A stretch of DNA of 64,000 nt from an uncultured Chitinophagales bacterium. GTDB taxonomy: Bacteria; Bacteroidota; Bacteroidia; Chitinophagales; UBA8649. The notes under the pieces were generated by a model. That model was not told the origin of the DNA. It saw only the letters and a program-made list of their open reading frames with translations, and searched no databases. This document shows, piece after piece, positions 46,814-56,024 of this stretch. The number at the start of each line of letters is the position of its first letter. The stretch's first letter is position 1. The stretch spans positions 25,344-89,343 of the forward strand of contig CAZZMB010000002.1 of assembly GCA_964655225.1 (NCBI GenBank), written 5' to 3'. Both the position numbers and the translations under genes were made by a program.

Positions 46814-47365
46814 ATGAAAATTTTATTATCAATTTTTACATTATTTGCGCTGACTTTGCTTTCAGCACAAAGTTTAGACTTAGAAAAAAGCAGCTTAAAA
46901 TGGACGGGCAAAAAAATTACAGGCCAACACTCAGGAACTATTAATATTGGGGAAGCAGGTTTCAATTATGAGGATGGTCAGTTGGTGTCAGGTTCTATGG
47001 TCTTGGATATGAACTCAATTAAATGTACCGATTTAGAGGGTGGAAAAGCGGAGAATTTAGTAGGGCATCTTAAGAGCGAAGACTTTTTTGATGTAAATGG
47101 ATTTCCGGAAGCAGCATTAATTTTTACGAGTGTGCAGCAAATTGAAGGCGATTCATATTTATTAAAAGGCGACATTACAATTAAGGGAACGACAGAGCCA
47201 ATCGAATTTTATGCAAACTTAAAAGAAAAGGAAGCACTCGCAACAATCAGAATTGATCGTTCAAAGTTTAATGTGCGTTATGGTTCTGCTTCATTTTTTG
47301 ATAATATCGGAGATAAGGCTATTGATGATATCTTTGAGATCAAGGCTCGCCTAGTTTACCAGTAA
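46814..47365 (+). CDS. YceI-family periplasmic protein
   Basis: 183 aa with a signal peptide. Has SSLKWTGKKITGQHSGTI, HLKSEDFFDV, ITIKG.T.PIEF and FNVRYG motifs. Confidence 0.8.
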   Translation: MKILLSIFTLFALTLLSAQSLDLEKSSLKWTGKKITGQHSGTINIGEAGFNYEDGQLVSGSMVLDMNSIKCTDLEGGKAENLVGHLKSEDFFDVNGFPEAALIFTSVQQIEGDSYLLKGDITIKGTTEPIEFYANLKEKEALATIRIDRSKFNVRYGSASFFDNIGDKAIDDIFEIKARLVYQ

Positions 47366-47366
47366 A

Positions 47367-48260
47367 GTGAACCATCAAGAATGGAATGTTATCCAATTAC
47401 AACAAGGTGAATATAGTTGTAAAATTCTAGCTAGTTATGGCGCGTCATTAATATCCTACAAGCATCTTGATTACGAATTTGTAGAAGGTTATACTCAAGC
47501 TGAAGAGATTCAAAATCAAAAATACAGAGGCGTCATTTTAGCTCCTTTTCCGAATCGTGTGGCAAGGGCGCAGTATACATTTAAAAATGAGGATTATCAT
47601 TTAGCAGTTAATAGGGAAAAAGAGGGCCTTGCCCTTCATGGACTTTTGTATGATCAAGCTTTTGAGATCGACTTCCAAAGTGAGGGAAGATTAGATTTAT
47701 CTTACAACTACAGTAAAAAAAAAGAGGGATATCCTTTTCTTTTTTCTTTGATGGTTTCATACGAGCTTAAATCAGATGGCTCTTTAAATATCTCGACAGC
47801 AGTTGAAAATAAAGAGGATAAAATGCCCTTTGGTCTTGGATGGCATCCATATTTTAAAATGAATGAATCGATAGATGATTTAACATTTGAATTCCCGCCA
47901 AGCAGAAAAATTGAGCTGGATAGGTCCTTGATTCCTACAGGAAATCACTTACCCTTCAACAGTATTCCTAAAACCTTAGACCTTAGTTTGCATCAATTTG
48001 ATGATTGCTTTGAGTTACTCTCTGAGGAAAGCATAGGTTTTAAGTTGATAGGGAAGCACTACGTTCTAGAGATTAAAGGAGGCAGTTTAGAGGAATTCCC
48101 ATTTTTTCAAATATATACGCCTAAAAATAGAACAAGTATTGCTATTGAACCAATGACATGCGCGCCAGATGCGTTCAATAATCAAATGGGATTGATGATT
48201 TTAAACCCAAAGGAAAAGAAAACCTTTTCATATAAAATAAAGGCAAGTCATAGGGCTTAG
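47367..48260 (+). CDS. aldose 1-epimerase-family protein
   Basis: 297 aa with a GTG start. Has FPNRV, ALHGLLY, GWHPYF and a C-terminal IEPMT pattern of the mutarotase-like fold. Confidence 0.7.
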   Translation: MNHQEWNVIQLQQGEYSCKILASYGASLISYKHLDYEFVEGYTQAEEIQNQKYRGVILAPFPNRVARAQYTFKNEDYHLAVNREKEGLALHGLLYDQAFEIDFQSEGRLDLSYNYSKKKEGYPFLFSLMVSYELKSDGSLNISTAVENKEDKMPFGLGWHPYFKMNESIDDLTFEFPPSRKIELDRSLIPTGNHLPFNSIPKTLDLSLHQFDDCFELLSEESIGFKLIGKHYVLEIKGGSLEEFPFFQIYTPKNRTSIAIEPMTCAPDAFNNQMGLMILNPKEKKTFSYKIKASHRA

Positions 48261-48358
48261 AGTAGAATTTTTGGATAAAAATAAAACAGAATGAAATCAA
48301 GCTATTTTTCTTGATAATTTTTTAACTTACAGATACTACATAAGATATATACTTAGGG

Positions 48359-48412
48359 TCTAATTTAATAGATACGATGTATATACAAACGTTGTAGCAT
48401 ATAATAAACCAA
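48359..48412. repeat. copy B of the repeated intergenic element (copy A at 615-657)
   Basis: TCTAATTTA (48359-67), ATACGAT (48372-78), TATATACAAACGTT (48380-93) and AACCAA (48407-12). The element ends 10 nt before the ATG of the high-GC gene. Confidence 0.6.
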
Positions 48413-48422
48413 GTTTAATTAA

Positions 48423-49688
48423 ATGAAACCAATTATAAAGGAATACGCGGAAAAAGAGATTACCCCTATCTCAACAGAACCATTGGTATTAATCGTTTAT
48501 GGAGCGACCGGATTTACAGGAAAGTTGGTCGCCACCTACCTTGACACCCACCCCGAACTTCGTGGCAAACCTTGGGCCATTGCGGGTCGCACTCAAAGTA
48601 AACTAGCCGATCTATCTGCCAAGCTTGGAAATAGGCCCGAGACTCTCTGCGTTGATTTGAAAGACACCATTGCAGTGACCGCTATGGTCTTGCGTACGAC
48701 AGTGGTTATCAATTGCGCTGGTCCATACTCTACTAATAATGGGGCTAACCTTTTGGGGGCATGTGCTCTAGAAGGCACTCATTACTCAGACCTATCCGGA
48801 GAAGGATTCTGGCAAGCAGAAATGGTTGAGGCTTTTCATGACATAGCACAAAAGTCCGGTGCGAAAGTGATTTTAGGCGGTGGTGTCGACTCAATACCTT
48901 CAGACCTCGCTGCCTTTATAGCCGCTGGCTCACTACACAGAGAACCTAACGATAAAGTGCAGATTCGTGGCGTTTACACTCGTTATACGGGGTCCTTTTC
49001 CGGTGGCACCATAAATTCAGGTAAGGCAAGTGGGCGAGCAAAAAAGTCCGGTAGGTTGACCGATGTGATGGAAGCAGATCCCTATCTACTGTCACCAAAA
49101 AAAAACGGAATAGAGTCCGAAGATCCAGCTACCGCAGATGGCATGGCCAAGGAATTTAAATGGGCTTTCGATCCGTCACACCTTGCTATTACGAAATTTT
49201 TCATGGCACCTATCAATGCTAGAATAGTTCGACGCAGCCTTATGCTGCGCGACGAACACCAAAAGATATCATACAGCGAGTGCGCTAGCATAGGGATGTG
49301 GATTCGTTTGGCAGGAATGTGGTTGAGTCGTGGATTAGGATATTTCCTGGGCGAACCTATCAAGATCAAACCAACCTCCGGAGAAGGTCCACCCCCGTGG
49401 CTAATCCGTGACGGAGGATTCGAGATCGAAGTTAGCGCTAGTACAAAGACGAAAGTCGCCCGCACCCGAATTTCCGGAAAAGGAGACCCTGGCTACGGGG
49501 CAACTTCCAAGATGCTTGCCGAGCTTGGTCTCTGCCTAGCGCTAGATGACCATAGCAAATCATCGAACCGAGCAGGCATATTGACCCCTTCAACAGGGCT
49601 AGGGAACGCTCTGGTATTAAGATTGTCGCAGGCTCGAGGCGGAAAATTTATGAAGTTCGATACAGTGCCTTTGATGGACTCTGAATAG
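48423..49688 (+). CDS. saccharopine-dehydrogenase-like NAD(P)-binding oxidoreductase (SCCPDH/enoyl-reductase-like family), compositionally foreign
   Basis: 421 aa. Rossmann motif VYGATGFTGKLV, and the GKGDPGYGATSKMLAELGLCLA motif typical of this family. G+C is about 47-57% in hand-counted lines against about 33% in neighbouring genes. Confidence 0.75.
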   Translation: MKPIIKEYAEKEITPISTEPLVLIVYGATGFTGKLVATYLDTHPELRGKPWAIAGRTQSKLADLSAKLGNRPETLCVDLKDTIAVTAMVLRTTVVINCAGPYSTNNGANLLGACALEGTHYSDLSGEGFWQAEMVEAFHDIAQKSGAKVILGGGVDSIPSDLAAFIAAGSLHREPNDKVQIRGVYTRYTGSFSGGTINSGKASGRAKKSGRLTDVMEADPYLLSPKKNGIESEDPATADGMAKEFKWAFDPSHLAITKFFMAPINARIVRRSLMLRDEHQKISYSECASIGMWIRLAGMWLSRGLGYFLGEPIKIKPTSGEGPPPWLIRDGGFEIEVSASTKTKVARTRISGKGDPGYGATSKMLAELGLCLALDDHSKSSNRAGILTPSTGLGNALVLRLSQARGGKFMKFDTVPLMDSE

Positions 49689-49932
49689 AAGAAATATATG
49701 TGAGTAAATTTATGCAACTAATCAGAAAATAACTATTGCTAACACTATGCAAAAATCATTAAAACGACTTTTTTCATTAACCGTTAATGTAAATATTCCT
49801 AGACTTCTCCTTTCAGATTAGCGATATATTGTAAAATCGATTAGTAGTCAAACGATTGTACTTTAAAAGAAACGGGTGTAGCAACAAAATAGGAAGGAAA
49901 ATGAACTTAAGTACAATAAGAGTTAAATAAGT

Positions 49933-49973
49933 TTGTTAATTAAAGTTGCGCAGACTATCTTTGCACTCCGTTT
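49933..49973 (+). promoter_or_regulatory. Bacteroidota-type promoter (-33 TTG / -7 TATCTTTG) for rpmH-rnpA
   Basis: TTG-ttaattaaagttgcgcagac-TATCTTTG, a 20-nt spacer. The box ends 45 nt before the rpmH ATG. Confidence 0.6.
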
Positions 49974-50018
49974 AAAAAATGCAAATCGCCTTGTTTACAG
50001 GGTTAAAAATATAATAAG

Positions 50019-50174
50019 ATGAAAAGAACATTTCAACCGTCCAGAAGAAAACGTAAGAACAAACATGGTTTCCGTGAGCGTATGAGTACGAAAAATGGGA
50101 GAAAAGTTTTAGCGAGAAGAAGAGCTAAAGGCAGAAAAAAACTAACTGTTTCTGACGAAAGAAGACTTAAATAG
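50019..50174 (+). CDS. rpmH: 50S ribosomal protein L34
   Basis: Below the ORF-track size cut-off. My translation gives [51 protein letters not shown] (51 aa), the canonical L34 sequence. It lies directly upstream of rnpA. Confidence 0.95.
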   Translation: MKRTFQPSRRKRKNKHGFRERMSTKNGRKVLARRRAKGRKKLTVSDERRLK

Positions 50175-50178
50175 CAGC

Positions 50179-50547
50179 TTGAAATTTACTTTTAGTCGCG
50201 AAGAGCGATTAAAAAGCAAAGAAACATTGGCTTCTCTTTTTAGTAAGGGAAGCCATTTTGTTTTTCCCCCACTTCATGTCCGATATCGATACACCCCTTC
50301 TAATAAAAGCACAGTGCAGGTTGCATTTACTGTGCCTAAAAAGAAATTTAAGCGTGCTGTAGACCGTAATCTTTTGAAACGCAGGATGCGCGAAGCATAT
50401 AGGCTTAATAAAGCCCTAATTGAAGAAAAAAACCAATCTAAGCTTAAAGAATTGAGTATAATTTTCATTTATTCATCCCGGTCGATACTAAGTGCGGAAA
50501 AAATAGAAAGAGCTATGTTGAATTTTATGAATCAACAAAATGTATAA
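50179..50547 (+). CDS. rnpA: ribonuclease P protein component
   Basis: 122 aa with a TTG start. Has FSREERLKSKE..LF, the basic RNR-like region AVDRNLLKRRMREAYR, and rpmH-rnpA synteny. Confidence 0.9.
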   Translation: MKFTFSREERLKSKETLASLFSKGSHFVFPPLHVRYRYTPSNKSTVQVAFTVPKKKFKRAVDRNLLKRRMREAYRLNKALIEEKNQSKLKELSIIFIYSSRSILSAEKIERAMLNFMNQQNV

Positions 50548-50588
50548 AGTTCAAATTTTAAGCAATTTGATATACACAGTTTAAAAGA

Positions 50589-52256
50589 ATGACTTACTTT
50601 CGCTTTGTGAATTCTTTGAATATAAAATTTGTACTCTTTTTATTTTTGTTGCCTCTAAGCGGTTTAATTGCTCAAGATTTGGAGCAGCAGCTCAGCGCGC
50701 ATGTTTATTTTTTAAGTGACGACAGATTAGAAGGTCGAGCTACCGGGAGCGAAGGCGAGCGAATTGCCTTGGAGTACATTGCAAGCTATTTTAATCAATA
50801 TGGGTTAAGCCCAAAGGGCAAAGATGGTTATGTCCAATCCTTTGATTTTTCATTGGGTAAGAAGGTGGGATTAACAAACGCCCTGGAAATTAATAGTCAA
50901 ATGATGCTTATTCCCGATGATTACTTTCCACTGATATATTCAGGTAACGCCACCATAAATGCAAATGCGCTTAATTTGGGATATGGAATTCATGCTCCTG
51001 GCTTATACGATGATTATGCTGATAAAATGAACCTTGAGGGGAAAGTATTTGTGATTAACTTATCATCCCCTGACGGTATTCATCCTCATTCTAAGTATTT
51101 AAATTATACAGATTATCAAACCAGAATTAAGACTGCCCAAAGCTTTGGAGCTTCTGCCGTGATTTTTTATAATAATGATGTAAATCTAGATGATCCTGAA
51201 TTTGATCTATCAATGAAGGTGAAATCTTTTGATATTCCGGTGATCTTTGTGACTAATGAATCTCTTAACGGTGGCGATGAGATTAAGTTGAATGTCGATC
51301 TGATAAAACAGGAGAGAACAGGTAACAATGTGATTGCTTACATCGACAATGGTGCGGAAAATACGGTTGTAATCGGTGCTCATTATGATCATTTAGGTTG
51401 GGGAGAAAGTGGCGGCTCCTTGTATCGTGGTGAACCTGCAATACACAATGGAGCAGATGATAACGCAAGCGGCGTTTCGCTCATGCTCGAATTGGCGAGA
51501 GCTATCAAAACCACAAACCTGAAGGGGAACAACTATCTCTTTGTTGCTTTTTCTGGAGAAGAATTGGGCTTATACGGCTCTAAATCTTTTGTGAAAGATG
51601 CAACTATAGACGTTTCATCAATCAACTATATGTTGAATTTTGACATGGTTGGTAGATTGGATGAAGAGAATACCATGGCAGTTAATGGTGTAGGGACCTC
51701 TCCCTTGTTTAAAGCAAAGACCTTGAGTGTCCGAGAAGGAAACCTTAAATTGAAAACAACTGAATCGGGAATGGGACCTTCCGATCATGCTTCTTTTTAT
51801 ATGGCGGATAAACCTGTGTTACATTTTTACACAGGAAATAACTCAGATTATCATAAGCCTTCCGATGACCCTTACTTAATTAATTACAAAGGGATGACTC
51901 AGGTATTTGATTTCACCTACGCACTCATTGCAGATTTAGATGATGAAGGGAAATTTGAATTTGTGAAGACCAAGGATGAGGATAACCGAAATGCGCCTAA
52001 ATTTTCTGTAACATTGGGTGTAGTGCCCGATTATATGTTTGATGGAGAGGGTCTGCGTATCGATGGTGTTACGGACGGACGGCCAGCTAATGGTGCCGGT
52101 ATTCTTGCAGGAGATGTGGTCAAGCAATTGGGTGATATTGAAATTACTGACATGATGGCTTACATGACTGCCTTGAGTAAGTTTAAGCCGGGACAAAGTA
52201 CGATAGTTACTATTCTTAGGGATGATAAATTAATGGATTTACCAATACAATTTTAA
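50589..52256 (+). CDS. M28-family peptidase with PA and C-terminal PDZ-like domains
   Basis: 555 aa. Has GAHYDHLG, GADDNASG, EELGLYGS and DMVG metal-ligand motifs. The C-terminal GLRIDGVTDGRPANGAGILAGDVV region looks like a PDZ domain. Confidence 0.8.
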   Translation: MTYFRFVNSLNIKFVLFLFLLPLSGLIAQDLEQQLSAHVYFLSDDRLEGRATGSEGERIALEYIASYFNQYGLSPKGKDGYVQSFDFSLGKKVGLTNALEINSQMMLIPDDYFPLIYSGNATINANALNLGYGIHAPGLYDDYADKMNLEGKVFVINLSSPDGIHPHSKYLNYTDYQTRIKTAQSFGASAVIFYNNDVNLDDPEFDLSMKVKSFDIPVIFVTNESLNGGDEIKLNVDLIKQERTGNNVIAYIDNGAENTVVIGAHYDHLGWGESGGSLYRGEPAIHNGADDNASGVSLMLELARAIKTTNLKGNNYLFVAFSGEELGLYGSKSFVKDATIDVSSINYMLNFDMVGRLDEENTMAVNGVGTSPLFKAKTLSVREGNLKLKTTESGMGPSDHASFYMADKPVLHFYTGNNSDYHKPSDDPYLINYKGMTQVFDFTYALIADLDDEGKFEFVKTKDEDNRNAPKFSVTLGVVPDYMFDGEGLRIDGVTDGRPANGAGILAGDVVKQLGDIEITDMMAYMTALSKFKPGQSTIVTILRDDKLMDLPIQF

Positions 52257-52912
52257 TGGCGCTGTTACTCTTTATTGATACATCAACAAGTAATTGTTCT
52301 GTTGCACTCGTGGAAAATAAACAAATAGTTAGCACTAAAATGGAACTTCATACTCGCTCACATGCTAAATTATTACCTACATTTATTCAATCAATCTTTC
52401 AGGAAGCGGAAATAGAACCCAAGCAATTAGATGCCATTGTGGTAGCGGTTGGTCCAGGTTCTTACACTGGATTAAGAATTGGAATGTCTACAGCCAAAGG
52501 AATGTGTTACACTTTGGATATTCCATTGATTGCTCTTGATTCTTTGGAAAATTTAGCAAGTACGATGCTTACTCAACAGGGAGATAAAGAGGCCATTTAT
52601 TTAGCCACATTGGATTCACGTAAAGGTGAAATATATTATGCTGCTATGGACGGTAATGGAGGGTTGATTTGCCCTTCTCGACCCGCAAAAATTACTGAGC
52701 TAGATTGGAATAAATGGGCGAAACATAGTGTTTATATTAGCGGAAATACTTCAGATAAGATTTTAGCTGCTAATTTAGGGCTTGAATTGCACTCCATCCA
52801 AACGCAATATCAAGCAAAAAACTATATCACCGAAGGGGTTAAGCGCTTTATTGAAAAAAATTTTGATGACCTTGTTTACACGGAACCAAAATATTTGAAA
52901 CCTTTTCAATAG
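52256..52912 (+). CDS. tsaB: tRNA t6A37 threonylcarbamoyl-transfer protein TsaB
   Basis: 218 aa. LLFIDTSTSNCSVAL...VAVGPGSYTGLRIG is the TsaB/YeaZ signature. The start overlaps the upstream stop. Confidence 0.85.
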   Translation: MALLLFIDTSTSNCSVALVENKQIVSTKMELHTRSHAKLLPTFIQSIFQEAEIEPKQLDAIVVAVGPGSYTGLRIGMSTAKGMCYTLDIPLIALDSLENLASTMLTQQGDKEAIYLATLDSRKGEIYYAAMDGNGGLICPSRPAKITELDWNKWAKHSVYISGNTSDKILAANLGLELHSIQTQYQAKNYITEGVKRFIEKNFDDLVYTEPKYLKPFQ

Positions 52913-52952
52913 ATTGAGTGTTAATTTTTTTTAAAACTAAATATATATATAA

Positions 52953-53294
52953 ATGGGATTCAGTACAAAAAAAACAGCAGACATTGCCATCAAAAATGGA
53001 AATGAAGACATTATTATTAAAGGTGGAATTTTACAAAATGCAGCTTTAGCCGTCAGAGCAATAAATCATCCGCTTCGAAAAAAGGTTATCGACTTACTAG
53101 AAAAGAATGGAGAAATGGTTGTGACAGACATTTATGTTCACCTTAGAACGGAACAATCCGTCGCCTCTCAACATTTAGCTATTTTAAGGAATGCTGGGTT
53201 TGTAGATACTCGACGAGATGGAAAGTTTATCCACTATACACTAAATAAAGACAGATTTAAGAATTCTGCTGAACTCATTGAAAAATTAGCTTAA
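52953..53294 (+). CDS. ArsR/SmtB-type winged-helix regulator (no cysteines)
   Basis: 113 aa. ALAVRAINHPLRKKVIDLLEKNGEMVVTDIYVHLRTEQSVASQHLAILRNAGFV is an ArsR-type HTH. Confidence 0.75.
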   Translation: MGFSTKKTADIAIKNGNEDIIIKGGILQNAALAVRAINHPLRKKVIDLLEKNGEMVVTDIYVHLRTEQSVASQHLAILRNAGFVDTRRDGKFIHYTLNKDRFKNSAELIEKLA

Positions 53295-53300
53295 TAATTC

Positions 53301-53327
53301 AAGCTCCAGTTAATGGAAGCTTTTTTA
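53301..53327 (+). terminator. rho-independent terminator after the ArsR-type gene
   Basis: AAGCTCCA pairs with TGGAAGCTT (one bulged base). TTTTTT follows. Confidence 0.6.
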
Positions 53328-53430
53328 TGCCTTTTTTTTATTCATTAAATAATTTAATGGAATAATCTTGACACTTATCTTTTCTGAGTATTGGGATTTA
53401 TTGTGTAATTTTGGAAGGTAAAACTAAGTT

Positions 53431-54066
53431 ATGGCGAACAAATTATTTGTAAGTACTAAAGATGAATCTCCTAAAATGTTTGAAAATGCCTTCTTGGATT
53501 TTTTCTCGAGGGTTCCTTTTTATGTTCCACTCATTATTTTTATTCCAATAATAAGTTATTACTCGTATTTGTCCTTCGAGGAAGCGGGTATATCGGTAAT
53601 AGCGTTTACGTCATCCGTTTTTATAGGTGCAGTGGTTTGGACCCTGATGGAATACCTCATTCATCGGTATATCTTTCATGCTCATCCAGTTTCTGATTGG
53701 GCAAAAAAAATACACTATACTTTTCATGGCATTCACCATGACTATCCTCAAGATTCGCTTCGATTGGTTATGCCACCTCCGGTGAGTATACCATTGGCGG
53801 TCATTTTCTACTGGATGTTTTTTTTGATAATGAAACCGCTTGGGATACTTCAGTTTCATTCTGCCTTCTTCGCTGGTTTTGTAGCGGCTTATTTGATTTA
53901 TGACATGATGCATTATGCATCTCATCATGTGCCCATGACTGGCAAATACTTGAAAATGGTGAAAGATCATCATATGAAGCATCATTACAAAAATCCAGAG
54001 GAAGGATTTGGTTTTACTTCAAAAGTCTGGGATAGAGTTTTTGATACTGATTTTAAGGAAGATTAA
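53431..54066 (+). CDS. fatty-acid hydroxylase / sterol-desaturase-family membrane protein
   Basis: 211 aa. Histidine boxes HRYIFH, HGIHHDYP, HYASHH and HHMKHHY, plus TM segments. A TAATTTTG box lies at 53406-53413. Confidence 0.8.
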   Translation: MANKLFVSTKDESPKMFENAFLDFFSRVPFYVPLIIFIPIISYYSYLSFEEAGISVIAFTSSVFIGAVVWTLMEYLIHRYIFHAHPVSDWAKKIHYTFHGIHHDYPQDSLRLVMPPPVSIPLAVIFYWMFFLIMKPLGILQFHSAFFAGFVAAYLIYDMMHYASHHVPMTGKYLKMVKDHHMKHHYKNPEEGFGFTSKVWDRVFDTDFKED

Positions 54067-54112
54067 CTAAGGTCCTCAAACTAATCCTCAACACATTCTG
54101 TTTCCTTTAAAT

Positions 54113-54583
54113 ATGAAAACTTTACTTTTTATTTTCAGCTTAGGTATGTTCTCCTTAGGTTTTAGTCAAGGGAAAAGCAATAACTCTTATGTTCTTGAAA
54201 ATCGAGAAACATCTGTTTTTAATGATTTAAACGATTTTCAGAAAAAGGTGATGTGCGGAGGAGCTACAGAGAAACCTTTCACTGGAAAATATCTTTACAA
54301 CAAGGCAGATGGAATATATACCTGTGCTGCCTGTCAATGTCATTTGTTTTTATCGGATACAAAGTTTGATAGTGGAAGTGGATGGCCTAGTTTTTTCGAA
54401 CAAATAAATAAGGAAGCTATTGAAGAAGTCGAAGACGTTTCACTTGGAATTAAGCGTGTTGAAATTATCTGTTCATCTTGTAAAGGTCATTTAGGCCATG
54501 TGTTTGAGGATGGTCCCCCACCAACGGGACTTCGTTATTGTGTGAATTCAGCTTCGTTGCTATTCAAGCCAGAAAAAAAGTAA
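54113..54583 (+). CDS. msrB: peptide-methionine (R)-S-oxide reductase with signal peptide
   Basis: 156 aa. Two CxxC pairs ([18 protein letters not shown]), GWPSF and RYCVNS motifs of MsrB. Confidence 0.9.
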   Translation: MKTLLFIFSLGMFSLGFSQGKSNNSYVLENRETSVFNDLNDFQKKVMCGGATEKPFTGKYLYNKADGIYTCAACQCHLFLSDTKFDSGSGWPSFFEQINKEAIEEVEDVSLGIKRVEIICSSCKGHLGHVFEDGPPPTGLRYCVNSASLLFKPEKK

Positions 54584-54590
54584 AAAAATA

Positions 54591-55238
54591 ATGCCTTATA
54601 ATTATGTAATATTTGATTTTGATGGCACCCTATTTGATTCTAGAATAGGTATAGTCGACAGCGTGAAATACGCGCTTGATAAGCTGCAAATAGCCCACCC
54701 CTCAGAAGAGGTTTTAACTTCATTTATTGGCCCTCCCTTGCACGACTCTTTTCAAAATCATTTTGCACTTTCTAAGGATGATACCGCATACGCTGTTGTG
54801 AAACTTAGAGAATATTATGGAGACAAAGGATACATGCAATCTAAACCATATGAAGGGGTCTTTGCGATTATTAAAGCCCTTCATAAGCAGCATAAAATGC
54901 TTGGTATAGCCACTGCAAAGCCCACCAAATATGCACAAAGCATATTAGCAGAAAACTTATGGGATAGTTACTTTCATAGTATACATGGTAGTGAGCTGAA
55001 AGGGGAGTTATTCCCAAAGGAAAAAACTATCGGAGAAGTATTGGTTGAGTTCAATCCACGATCGATAGAGGAGTGCGTGATGATTGGGGATACTATTTAT
55101 GATATAAAAGGAGCTCAGCAGCATAATGTTGATTCTATTGCTGTTGATTATGGCTATGGTAAAACACGTGATTTAAAAGATGCCGGACCTACACATTTTG
55201 CCCATACAGTTGAAGAGATGAGCAGGATAATCTTATAA
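54591..55238 (+). CDS. HAD-family hydrolase (phosphoglycolate-phosphatase-like)
   Basis: 215 aa. Motif I is FDFDGTLFDS, and GIATAKP and MIGDTIYD are also present. Confidence 0.8.
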   Translation: MPYNYVIFDFDGTLFDSRIGIVDSVKYALDKLQIAHPSEEVLTSFIGPPLHDSFQNHFALSKDDTAYAVVKLREYYGDKGYMQSKPYEGVFAIIKALHKQHKMLGIATAKPTKYAQSILAENLWDSYFHSIHGSELKGELFPKEKTIGEVLVEFNPRSIEECVMIGDTIYDIKGAQQHNVDSIAVDYGYGKTRDLKDAGPTHFAHTVEEMSRIIL

Positions 55239-55337
55239 TATTACTCGGGGTAGTCATGTGCTATACTTCTTACTTCTTCACAAAAAAGACAAATACTTTA
55301 AGTAGATCCTACTCGAGCAATTGGACCAACCAAAACA

Positions 55338-56024
55338 CTAATTTTTTAAGGCTTGCCAAACTATATCATCAGGCACTGGAGCGTTAATACAAATATCAAC
55401 CTTACTTACCGGATGAATAAATTGAATTTTTTTCGCATGTAAATGGATGGATTTATCCTCATTCGCTCGGGGGAAACCATATTTAGTATCTCCTTTGATT
55501 GGACATCCTATGCTACTTAATTGTACTCTAATTTGATGATGCCTTCCTGTTTTAGGCAGGATCTCCAGGAGGAAGTAACGTTTACTACTTGCAAGGAGCT
55601 TGTAGCTTAACTCTGAGCGCAGGGCTTTCCCAAAGGCTTCTTTTTTAGCAATAGATTTATTTTTTACTTGGTTCTTTAGCAAGTAATGAGTTAAAGTATC
55701 CTCACTTTTTTTAGGAAGATCTTTTACCACTGCCCAATATGTTTTTTGAATCTGTTTTTCTTGAAACATTTGATTTAGACGAACCAGTGCTTTACTCGTT
55801 CGAGCAAATAAAAGAATACCCGAAGTTGGCCTATCCAGTCGATGGGGTAGTCCGATATATGCTGCTCCTGGCTTGTTGTACTTTTTCTTTACGTAAGCCT
55901 TCACATCTTCTACAATGGGCACATCGCCGGTTTTATCTCCTTGCGCAAGTGCTCCACTAGGCTTGTTTATAGCAATAATATGGTTGTCTTCATACAATAC
56001 GTCAAGCTTCATAAAATCTTTCAA
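55338..56024 (-). CDS. RluA-family pseudouridine synthase
   Basis: 228 aa. Has the catalytic HRLDRPTSG motif and GRHHQIRVQL. Confidence 0.9.
   Translation of the reverse strand: MKDFMKLDVLYEDNHIIAINKPSGALAQGDKTGDVPIVEDVKAYVKKKYNKPGAAYIGLPHRLDRPTSGILLFARTSKALVRLNQMFQEKQIQKTYWAVVKDLPKKSEDTLTHYLLKNQVKNKSIAKKEAFGKALRSELSYKLLASSKRYFLLEILPKTGRHHQIRVQLSSIGCPIKGDTKYGFPRANEDKSIHLHAKKIQFIHPVSKVDICINAPVPDDIVWQALKN

Noticed and set aside
49082-49717. Antisense ORFs of 127 aa and 74 aa inside and at the end of the high-GC gene.
   Set aside because: Long stop-free antisense frames are expected where GC content is high. Their sequences are Arg/Ser/Pro-rich and carry no motifs.
49689-50018. Possible replication origin, since rpmH-rnpA often lie near oriC/dnaA.
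   Set aside because: I found no cluster of TTATCCACA-like DnaA boxes. Only isolated one-mismatch words occur elsewhere (e.g. 30894-30902, 22193-22201). No dnaA gene is in the window.
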